In this document: one piece after another, positions 53,501 to 64,000 of the stretch
How the letters are laid out: each line of letters opens with the position of its first letter
Position numbering within the stretch: the first letter of the stretch is position 1
NCBI GenBank assembly: GCA_040954595.2
Contig: CM082586.2
Coordinates: 2,051,124-2,115,123 of the forward strand
From: Balanoglossus misakiensis
Taxonomy: Eukaryota > Animalia > Hemichordata
Length of the DNA: 64,000 nucleotides
Direction: 5' to 3'
The notes under the pieces: generated by a model
What the model saw: only the letters and a program-made list of their open reading frames with translations
Told to the model about the DNA's origin: nothing
The model's database searches: none
Program-made: the position numbers and the translations under genes

Positions 53501-55241
53501 AAGTTGTATACTATCTTGAACGGGAGATGGGTTACTACATTCTAATTAATTACATACCCAGCACTTTGCTGGTGATACTGTCCTGGGTCTCGTTCTGGCT
53601 GCAAGTGGACTGCACCCCAGGCCGTGTGGCCCTCGGGATCACTACGGTGTTGACAACGGCGACGCAGTTATCTATCGCCCGGGGCTCGCTGGAAGTCTCG
53701 TATGCTACGGTGAGCATGTCAATTTGTAGAAGTGATAGCATATATAGCTGTACAGTTAACCGTAGTCAGGCGGAGTAATACACTGTTAGTTGTAGTGTGA
53801 CACTTGTCGCACTACATTGTTCTTGCCCAGTGCGGTTTACAGTGAGTTTATTGTAATTTTATGACATTTCTATGGACCTTGTTCTGGATTGATTTATTGT
53901 TTGTATGTCCAGTAAGTGCAAACGAGACTTTGGTTTTAGGAGACAATGAAAAGTGTCAAAATGATAAACTGAGTAAAACCCGAAGACAGGAATTTTCCAT
54001 TAATTCCCCTGTTAACACATTTCCCCAATGCTGGGTAACAGGTGTTCAGCGTTCGTTACATTATATCACTGTTGATGAGTTGTCACCTCTAAAGATCATG
54101 AAAGGAAAACACGTTTGTGATTGAACACGTAATTTTTCAGAATATTGAATGAAAAGCGCGCCCGAATCCCACAAGCTACCTTCATTGGTGTCTACCATCA
54201 AACCCATCTATTCAGTTTACATGAAGTAACATATGGTCTTATTCTGTTAACTGTTTTGTTGAAAGTAATTGCCCTGAAAAAGACATATGTTCTTCCATTT
54301 TCAAATTTCAGGCCATAGACGTCTGGATGACAAGTTGTATGTTTTTCGTCTTTGCCGCCATGATGGAATTCGCTGTCGTCAACTACTTGGCCTGTTTTGA
54401 CCCGGCGAGGTGCAAGGGGTCACTGACGCTCTGCACTGGCATGACTAGCACACGAAAAAGGAATGACGCATCTGTGGTACTGTACATGTACTATTATATC
54501 TTTATAAAACAAAATGTGTAGCATTTTAGTGTGCGAACGTTTGCCGACAATGTCGTGTAGGGTATTGCGTGCTTACGTGACGGCATAGCAATCTTTCTGA
54601 TTGATAATTTTGCTAACAGCAGGCTGTTCCCAGGATTAAATTTCCATACAGATGGTTTATTTGGATGGTACATGTTCAAATATTAATATACCAATTGTTC
54701 TGTAAAATAATTACCGGACTTAATTAGAAATTATTATGGACTTCTATCCGGTACAGATTTTGCGCAGAGGTTTGTGGGATTCTGTTATTATTACATGTGT
54801 TCCAACAGATTTGACGAAAATTAAGGTCATGATTTTCAGTACAGTGATGCGTCAGTAATGGCGCGACCCAGTACGGTCGTTGATTGGCCAAGTCATGCAG
54901 ATTTTGTTATGCAAAATAAGCCATGTTGGGTCAGGTCAGGTCATGCATGCTCGCTTACTTTCATGCAACCATCCAAGCAACCAAGTCTCTGTCTCTGTTA
55001 TATCCAACAGGAAATGCAGGCCAAGCCATTTATGCACCGAAGAAACGAGGCGTCGTCGGAAGCAGCCAATGAAAATGGAGCAACCGGGGACAGGCTTGAC
55101 ACGGAAGTGAAAGGTCAAAAACCCCGCTCTTCAAAAATGAAGGCCCTGGCCCACAGGGTGGATCAGATATCAAGAGTTTTCTTCCCCCTTTGCTTTGTCG
55201 CCTTCAACTGTTTCTACTGGGGCATATATCTAAGCATGTAG
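47537..55241 (+). CDS. Cys-loop ligand-gated anion channel subunit (GlyR/GluCl/GABA-A-like), 9 exons
   Basis: [18 protein letters not shown], Cys-loop [16 protein letters not shown]1 [17 protein letters not shown]2 [14 protein letters not shown]3 [22 protein letters not shown]4 [21 protein letters not shown]. Confidence 0.95.
49995..50051 (+). repeat. Exact 57-bp copy of exon 1 (47529-47585) in intron 3 of the same gene
   Basis: caaacagtatggacaccgttatgctgattgctgttgttacgttgtcgttggctttta occurs twice. Confidence 0.95.
50481..50532. repeat. (TCAC)n microsatellite
   Basis: Direct repeats. Confidence 0.95.
53156..53307. repeat. (GTGTT)n microsatellite starting at a splice donor
   Basis: ~30 perfect pentamers. 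Confidence 0.97.
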
Positions 55242-56622
55242 TGACGTCATCACGTGTGACGTAATATAAGATCCGCCATTAATATTACCAGAAAATCGAT
55301 ATTAATTCGGGGGGGGGGGGGGTGCAAGCTTATAGAAGGATAAATATATAAAAATTCACATAACTATGAAGTGAATGGATAATAACACGAAAACAACTCC
55401 TTGATAAGCATTGCTGTAGGCTTATGTTCTTCTACATCAAAGAAAATGAAGAAAACTTTTAAGATGCACTGATTTTGATTCATTCCCTTAATAACCGCGT
55501 TGCCCAGCGATACGTACTTCGGTAATTATCGCCTTAAAGAGTTTACTATAATCTTAAAACTATTGTAAATATATATAAGTGTGTTCTCGGATAGAATTGT
55601 CCCCGAGGGACAGCACTTTGTAACCCCAGCCTCTTTCCGCTTAAATGGAACTTGCATGGACATGTCGGCGCTACTATCAATCTACTGAGGGTTGCAGTTT
55701 CCAGGGGCGAAGGCAAGCTCAAAGATAGCCGACAAAACTTCAAACGTGGGCGGTGGAATCCCCGCGGGAGGTAAGTGTTGAAGTGGGTTGGGGTAGTGGA
55801 GGAAAGAAAGACGAGGCAGCCGGTCAAATTTTTCTGCTATCTGCACTTGTCTGCACGTACCACTGTGGCTACACCCTGTCAGACATCCCATAATCATAAG
55901 TCGTAGTCACGTGGGCCATCAAGAAACAGAGAGACACAAAGTATGCAGCAGGTAAACACTGTGCATCCGAAGCAGTGATCACGTGACATTGGCGTGTCTG
56001 GGCTACAGATATACATCTTGGCCCACAATGCATCTTCCGCATATAAATTTACGAATAAGAAGTCGGAATACAATAAAGACGTATATAAAAGGCATTTTTA
56101 GAGCCCAAAATGTACATTTACCACATTTATTGAAACACAAAACGAACAGAATATGCCTCTGTGTTTTGAATTTAGTGTTTTTGTGCTATTTACTGTTTAC
56201 ACTTGTCTTTTCACAGTGTTACCCTTGTATAGACTTAAATCATTTATGTGACATGTCATTCAAATACAGTAAATCAGATGTATTATTATAGGAAATTTAT
56301 CACAAGCAATAAATACTCTTATTTAGCCACTTATTCCTGTAATCTACGGCGTTCTATCATACAATACGTTACTATATCTCTGATGCTCCCTTGGCTGAGA
56401 TTTTGATCTTATCTCATTTGTGTGTAATCTCTTTGATGAATAAATCAGTCTTTTTCTTCTTAATAATTAATCATCAGCTTAGGCTTGTTCACTAAAGGTT
56501 CGAATTCCCATTATGGCATTACATCCTACAATGCATTTCAACATTTGTGCAGTACGCGGAATGTCATTCGTGTGTGTGCCTATGTACGTACTGGGTGATT
56601 GAAGTGTATGGATGTATGTGCG

Positions 56623-56867
56623 GGGAATTTCCATTGGTCGAGAGTGACCACGTGTATCATTTCACCAGGTGCTTTCACACATTTGCATGCGCCACTTCAT
56701 TCGTGTCTCCATTTTCACGGTGAAAGCATCGTGTCAGACGACAACGACATCTTCATTACCCAAAACACGTACGCGTGAAGAAGTGGAATAGACTACAGGG
56801 AGAGGATGACGAGGATGACGGACTGGTTGTTCCAGGATATGGGATAACTTCTCGAGGGAAATGTGGA
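56623..56867 (+). repeat. Dispersed repeat copy B
   Basis: Reverse complement of 8600-8835 with few indels or substitutions. Confidence 0.9.
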
Positions 56868-58395
56868 GGAATCAACGCCGAAAGAAACTTCAGGTTTGCC
56901 GCAGGTCCGAGCCACCAAGCAACAGGTGAGCTTACAGCGCCCTCTTATGTTCATCATTTGTTTTTATGCAGGGTCATACCTCAAAATAATGACAAGGACA
57001 AATAACGAAATGATTTATGTTAATTAGCTTTATTGCTAAAGTACAGTTAGTGCAATCCTTACAAATTGTTCTATTTTAGCTTTTTATTATTTTTAAATTC
57101 ACAAGTATAAAAATGTTGATCTTTTTTACCAGAAAATGAAACGCATTTTATTCTCCTACAAAAACGGAGAATTTTTTCCATAATATGAAACTGGTGAAAT
57201 CGTTTCAAAGATATGACTTTAACGTTATCATTAAAGGTACAGTTGGACTTCAAATTTTGACAGCAATTGATGCAATCATCGTTTGGTTGCAAATTAACTA
57301 ACAGTAATATCGAGGAGTCCATCCTTAAGGTGGTAAATTCTATTCAGCACTCGCCTAACGAAATGTGGCACTGTATTCAGCAACTATTAAGGGTAAAATA
57401 CACCACTTCTAGAAACTCTAGTCTTACAGTAAAAAATTATGTAATTAAACGTTTAAGGTACTCCTTTCCAGGGAAAAGGAGATTACAACGAGACTGAAAG
57501 AGAATTTAATTTTTTTCCTGATCTTAGTGATCATGGTGCAACCATCCTAAGTTCGGGGTTGGAGCGACCCGGCCCCACTCTGACCACGTGGTTCAACCAA
57601 TCTATCCCATACTGACGTGTAGGTACCCCCAATTAAAAAGAGTTTTAACTCATAAACACATATGAGTACAAACGTAGAGGGCTTTATTTCATGGTTACAT
57701 GGGTCAGTAGGGACGGGTGCTACCCAGCTTTACAGAATGGGACCAGGGGTTCACCATGCATCTTTGGACTTTTTTATTTTTTGAGTCAATATACACATAT
57801 TGTACATGTGTCATACATGTATCATCCATTAAATAAGACAAATCAACATAGATTCGTACACAATTGACATTTTTTACGCGAGAGAAAACATTGTCATAGA
57901 TCTTACAGTTAGTAACACTTAGTGTGAGACGTCGGTATATCCGTATAGTGGGTGTAGTTCTGAGGGAGTCTGTCCACGGTCGGTTCAGACATCTGTTCAT
58001 GGATTACAGGTTGAGTTGCGTGCTTTTGTCCTTGCGTGGATATGTGTCTGTTAATGTTACACGTAGGCAGCCACCCGGAGATGGGTCATGCAGTTTGCAT
58101 GAACTCCTAGTTCGTACCATTGCCAATGTTGCTGTAATGCTTCTCACGGTTTTCCTTGGCCAGGTCCTTAATTTTGTACCTGAAGTTCCATGCATCTCTC
58201 GATCCGCTGTTTATATTAAAAGGCTGAACTAGGGGCAGCATTTTTCTGTACTGTCAAGATCTACCGCATTCGTCGTGAGTCGAACACGTCCGCCTCAATT
58301 CCTTTTACCGGTTTCTACTTTCCAACTGTGGCGCCTGTATTCTCATCATGCCTAACTAAAAGAGGCCGAAAATAAGTGAAATAGAGAAATCATCT

Positions 58396-60192
58396 TTATA
58401 ACTTTCCGACACATTCCGAAAGGACCTTCGTCTGAGCATTCAGGATATTGAAGAGATGGCTCAGTGTTATATCTTCCGCGGGCGCAGCTTCGTGTTTCAT
58501 GTAATACTTCGGATCACCTTTGTAGATTCCCAAACGAAAATGGCCGCCGTAGAGAGGCTTCTGCAGCTGTGTATCTCTGCTGAATTCAGTAGGACCAACA
58601 GAAGAAGCAGACGATGGTCTGCCTCTATGTACTCCGCCTGCATGTGTATACCCTCTGGGCGCGTCGTAGTATTTATCGGCTGTCGTTTGACGGCGAGATT
58701 CCGTGCGTGTGGTATCTGAAATCCTGTCGGCATCATATCGTGATGTTGTTGGGTGCCTTGGGGGTTTGGTGTCGAGGGTGTCGTAAGATCTTGCCGTAGA
58801 CTCGTATCTCTTACGGGTGCTTGTCGTTGGTGTTGGCATAGGTGCAAATGTTACCTTAGATTTGCTTGCCTTGGCTGGTTTATAATCTTTTCTTGCAGTG
58901 ACTGGTCTTCCATAAGTTGTACCGATAGGCTTTTCTTGGTATGCTGTGGCTTTTCTTGCTTTAGTTGTTGTTGTTGGTGTAGTGGGCCTGTATCTGGGCA
59001 TCGTGTCATACTTGGCTGTTGATTTGGTGACTGGCTTGTAAGGCTTGTACGAACCGGTCGCTGGAGTATAAGAGCTGGTCTCGAACTTGTGGGTGCTGGA
59101 TGCAGGCGTGTAGTACCTACTATCATACCTGCCAGGGTTGCCCGCTCGTCTGGGATTGTGGTAACTTGACACAGGCTTGAAGGAACCAGTCTCGGGTGTG
59201 TAGGACCGAGTCTCGAACTTGTGGGGGTTGGACGCAGGGTTGTAATAACCTGTATAGCTGCCTGCAACACTGGAGTCGTCGTAGTACCGTCTGTATGGAG
59301 GGTAGGACATTTCTTGATTGTGTCTGCGCACAGCGGTCTCGGTCAGAGGGACTCTGCTGTACGTCGACAAGATGATGTCACTGTCGTCGTCATCAACCAA
59401 ACCGAGGTCATCGCGATCGACCAGTGTCCTTGGTGACTGGTATGACGTGGTAAGATCAGGCTCATAGATGTAAGCATTGAGCGGGGCACGAGGGCTGTAG
59501 CGAGGAGGGGACCAATCTTCGTACGTCTTTCTTGCTGGGTACGGGTTGCTTCTCAGATCGTCATCATCCTGGTAACTTCTGACACTGGAGGTCTCAAAGT
59601 TGTCCATTCGTGGCCTGGCGCTGTAGCTGTAGCTTCTGACGCTGGATGTTTCGAAGTCATCTGTCTTGGGCCTACGCGTGTAGCCGGTGGATCTATACGA
59701 TGGCGTGTATGGAACTCGCGGCTTCGAGTAACTCGTCTTTCCAGAGGGAATATTGACCATGCTCTGCGTGTCCCACTTCGCTTCGGCACGCTTGCGGGGT
59801 TTGTAGCCTCCCGCACTCGGTTTTTCAAAATCATACTCCTTCTTGCGGTAACTTGAAGAGGCAGAAGTTGGCGGGCGCCTGGCCGAGTAGGAGGAAGCCG
59901 GGCGGCCTGGGTTGGATGCGCCGTGAACCAGACCAGCCGAGCTCCCTGCAGGGTGCGATGGAACACCTCTGTACTCGTTTAGAAGCTTTGCTATCTCGTC
60001 CGAATCTTGGCCACCGACTCTCATCAAGCTGTCTTCCAGGGCCCCAACCCGTGGGTACAGATCCCACACCTTCCGTCGTGTGTTGAGGAGCTCCCGTAGG
60101 TTGGTGTCGCTGTCTCGATCCCGAGCCTGGATTGCATCTTCTATGCCTTTCATCATGCTGTCATATCCACTGGAGTATTCTGCTCTGGCCAT
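58396..60192 (-). CDS. Large exon of an uncharacterised low-complexity S/Y/R/T/P-rich protein
   Basis: 598-codon ORF beginning right after an acceptor (ccgtag|ATG); internal repeats D.FETSSVRSY x2 and HKFET.SYTP.TGS.KP x2; possible upstream exon ~63276-63376. Confidence 0.7.
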   Translation of the reverse strand: MARAEYSSGYDSMMKGIEDAIQARDRDSDTNLRELLNTRRKVWDLYPRVGALEDSLMRVGGQDSDEIAKLLNEYRGVPSHPAGSSAGLVHGASNPGRPASSYSARRPPTSASSSYRKKEYDFEKPSAGGYKPRKRAEAKWDTQSMVNIPSGKTSYSKPRVPYTPSYRSTGYTRRPKTDDFETSSVRSYSYSARPRMDNFETSSVRSYQDDDDLRSNPYPARKTYEDWSPPRYSPRAPLNAYIYEPDLTTSYQSPRTLVDRDDLGLVDDDDSDIILSTYSRVPLTETAVRRHNQEMSYPPYRRYYDDSSVAGSYTGYYNPASNPHKFETRSYTPETGSFKPVSSYHNPRRAGNPGRYDSRYYTPASSTHKFETSSYTPATGSYKPYKPVTKSTAKYDTMPRYRPTTPTTTTKARKATAYQEKPIGTTYGRPVTARKDYKPAKASKSKVTFAPMPTPTTSTRKRYESTARSYDTLDTKPPRHPTTSRYDADRISDTTRTESRRQTTADKYYDAPRGYTHAGGVHRGRPSSASSVGPTEFSRDTQLQKPLYGGHFRLGIYKGDPKYYMKHEAAPAEDITLSHLFNILNAQTKVLSECVGKL

Positions 60193-63100
60193 CTACGGAA
60201 GAGAACACAAAAAGAATGTCATTCATTTTTAATCCAGAACTCATATCATGGCAGTTCGTTATTAGGGGAGAACCATTTTATGGGGGGTGGGGTGGGTGAT
60301 TTGGGCATGTCAGTGGATATACAGCTGTCGTCTGCAAAACTGCGAATCTGCAGTTTTTAGATACATCGTGGCATGCAGCCAGTCAGACTTTCTTCGCGCT
60401 CCAAGCATCTTCTGTCCGTGATGCTATGTGGCTAAAAATTCTTGGAATAGCCTCGGAGCTGGCTGCGAATTGTTGCATCATAACTGCCTGCAAACACCAG
60501 GGAAATCTTTCACGAACTTTGTGTGACTCTGTGCCCGAACAACCCGACAGACACCGCGAACGTTGACATCTATTGCCCCAGCCTGGCTGCGAATGTCTGT
60601 CGCAATAAATCATATCGGATGTACATGATGTACGCGACAGAAAATGATATCGTTTAATCAAAGCCCAGAGGAAAGATAAATGATCAAAAGAGCTGGAACG
60701 ACAGCTGTATTACATATTGTCGTACAATGTCTGTAAAACGTTTTAGCAGCTGCAGGTGTAAGAGGAAGAATTGCCCGCTCAGTCAACTTTGTGGTTAATT
60801 TGAATGTAAATTGTGCACGTATATTTCTGTTAAAATTAGCTTTTTAGGACATGCACATGTCTCGGAAACAGGATCGTTCACTCGTCGGGTCAACGGTCCA
60901 AGACATATAGGTTTGATTCCATCATCGACGGGGATGGTCTCGCAAACAGACAACACATGTCTGTTCGAAGAATTTCCGAGCTCTGAGAATTCCTGCAGTT
61001 TAACCCTTCCGCCACCGCGATGTGATGGTGCAACCTCCATTTTCAGTGGTATGTAGGAGGATCCATTTGTGCGGATAGGGGTGGAAGTGTTAATATTTCA
61101 GACCAGAACAAAGTGATCAATATAATTTCACATGCCAGGGGAAAAAATAATGAAGGGATTGGAAAACGTTAATTGTTTCTGATTGTTTCCCCTCCAGGAA
61201 GATTATACGCTGTAATCTATCCCTTTCGGTCAATTCGTCTTGTTGGGAGTCACGCCGCATTCTTTAATTTTGTACACGCGTGTTCAACTTGTGGATCCTA
61301 AAATAGAATCACTTGACCTTGCCAGGATTAGGCAAGTATGAACATAAATTATACGCGTGGTTGTCACTATGGCAACGCACGATTCCAGACCCTGGGATGG
61401 GGGGGGGGGGGTGCTACTAGATCATTGGGTTTTGTACTACAAGGATGGAAGTATAAAGGTTATTGATAAAAATCATAATCGCATGGCTGTCTTTCCGCAC
61501 AGATGGATAACGCATTCCTGATGCATGTGCTTCGTATCTTGATTCGGGGATTTGGAAATTGCAAAGTGAAAATAGGAATTTGCTGGATGTAATATCGGAC
61601 CATGTTTAGAATCAATCTGATACTCGTCAACTGAATAGCCTTGTCTCGTTATAGTTATCTAGTATAGAGAATGGATTGGGACGACAGCTTATGAAAATTA
61701 ATTTATTGCAGAATTAATGATATGTATCTATGTAGATAACATATAAAAACGAGTAATACTGCGTACTAATATTTGCCTCACATTGTATTTTGGCATTCCA
61801 CATCCATTCAAATAACAATAAATTGATCAATGTTTCGTGTGACAATATCTAAAAATACAACGTCTTTTTTATCTATGGGGTAGCCATTTTATCACGACAT
61901 AATGTGCTATATGTAAACAATAAAATGGGCGTCACGCTGACATTCTATGGTATAATGTGGCATACCCGGGTTTCATTATCTCCTTATGGTAACCTGGCCT
62001 TGTGAGCTCATAAATCGTGATTCCGTCCTTTAGGGGCGAATAATTACAACCGATTTCTGATTTTATAGCATATTTTACATATTTGACTTCTGACCTATTT
62101 TGCATTAATATTTGGCGTAAAATGATATTAACACGGTCATAATGTCAAGTAAATTTACATTACACCGTAGTCAGGCACTGTTGAATTATGTCGCGTGAGT
62201 AGTTTTTAAATATTCTGAATATTTTTGCAGTGTCATAATCGCTACCACAGTGCGCACGGCAACTTTGGTATCCTGTACGTATACCTTGTCATGAACAAAC
62301 GAAAGTTAGCGATACATTCTTGCTCGACAGGTCTCAGTGCGGGTCTGTCTTTTCAAGGACTGGGGTGTCTCAGTTTCCACAAGGACGACATGCAAGCATG
62401 GCATTGTATCATTGCACAGCGATATACAGATAAACAACTGTTGGACACGCGACAGCCCCCCCCCCCCACAGCTGTCAATTTGCAGGTCCCCTCGCTGAAC
62501 TACGTGCATTATTTTGAGAATTTCACCCCAGGCTTTTCTTGCTCTCTTAATTCCCACCAATTATGAGTCAACTTAAATCAACTTCAAAAATATTATTAAA
62601 CAAAGTAAAATTCTTCTTTCATGGAGACGATTTTGGCGATCTTTTCATAATATTTAGATTATTTCACCATCACGACATGTGTCCTAGTGCCAACGGAGTT
62701 TTTGCCTCTTCCGTCGCTGTCTTTCGTTTTATATTCGCACAGTTTTGCTTCTTCATCCAAATGATATCAGCTTACATATCTATAAGTAATACTAACAAAG
62801 TCGTTGGAATACTCGCAGTGAGGCTGCAAGGGTATTTGCCGATGGTTGAAATTCCAACGTCCACAGACCGTAGCCCTGGAACCGATGCAGTGTGTCTTAA
62901 TGTTCGCCTAGAGCGCAAAGTTTTAGGGATAACGCTCACTACACCTTTCCATAACTTTTGTCACCTTTTCGAATTAACCCGCTGATATCTCGGGGCGTGT
63001 TGACCAAGCGACAGTTAAATTGCTATCGGTCACAGTGTGTGTCATTTAAATGGAAGGAGGTCATCCATTCGAAAGGGATAGTATTTTACTGCAATGCGCG

Positions 63101-64000
63101 TTCCACCTGCCCAGGTTGTATGTGCGTACATACATAGCTGCAGGTGCGCATAACAAGCAATAAACATTATATATCTACTGATGTTCAGAGATTCTTAGTT
63201 TCAAATACGCCACATTGAGAGGCCGCGACTTTACATACCATGCGCAGAATAACCAAGGATGTTATTTCAACTTACTCTGAATGATGGGCGCTGCTGACGT
63301 CTCGGCCGGGTCGACTACAGAGTTGCAAGGACTTGTCTTTGCGTTGTCTGGACGGACAGGTACCTTTTCTTCAACCTGCAAGACAGTGAACATCGGGTGT
63401 GAAAACAAAACCACAACAGGCTTTGTCCGAGGAGAGGCGTGACGAGCGACAATGCCTCGGCTGTTTCGCCTCGAGTCATGCAATGCGAAGACAGAACCTG
63501 CTATGGTCCGAACAACAACCGCATCTGCAGCGTACCAGAGTGACGACAGAACACCGCCAAATAAACAGGCTTACAGAGAAACAAAACACTGCGTGTCAGT
63601 TTTTAGAATATGTGCCAGTGATTTGAGTAAACAATTTTGGCCAGCACGGCACGGTACCTTCACTGAGTTTCGCCGCTTGGGTTACAACGACACCCGGGGA
63701 TGGAGGTCCGGGGTCCGAGTCTACTTTTCTTGGCGCATCTTATCAGTGCGTTGGACGGAACGGCGGAACGAACTACCTAGGATGGCCTGTATTCGACTCC
63801 GGATGGCAGTGCCCAAATATGGTTGTCACGCCAAGAACGCTGATATCTGAAGAATGCGCGCTGCACTGAAGGCTGAATTGTGTACTCTCTAACTTTTTAT
63901 ACAGTTTTAATTGCACAAGCGCCTCAGTCAGAGTGGAAAAAAAAACTTACTCGAAGTTTTCATTATAACCGGGTGACCTCACGACCTGGAGGTGACAAAG

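Noticed and set aside
56475-56520. GGTTCGAATTCCC tRNA B-box-like motif
   Set aside because: No cloverleaf or A box; at most a SINE remnant

Overview
Gene-dense, intron-containing animal genomic DNA. Marine invertebrate, possibly deuterostome, is an inference from gene content only. Spliced by eye from left to right: a prokaryote-like NSS/SLC6 transporter; RPLP0 hosting two intronic C/D snoRNAs, head-to-head with an RDH11/12-like SDR; a GASK1/FAM198 kinase-like gene; a short RIM-type C2B protein; a secreted tandem two-module bacterial-type expansin; a C-type lectin plus PAN/apple protein; an uncharacterised repeated alpha/beta protein; a 4-helix/EF-like/STAT-type SH2 gene whose 8.5 kb intron appears to contain a whole nuclear IkB-like ankyrin gene on the opposite strand; an orphan anion-type Cys-loop receptor; and a low-complexity S/Y/R/T-rich protein. 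The most interesting observations are the intron-bearing double expansin, with one degenerate and one intact module, and the nested IkB/SH2 locus. All family calls come from motif recognition, not database searches.
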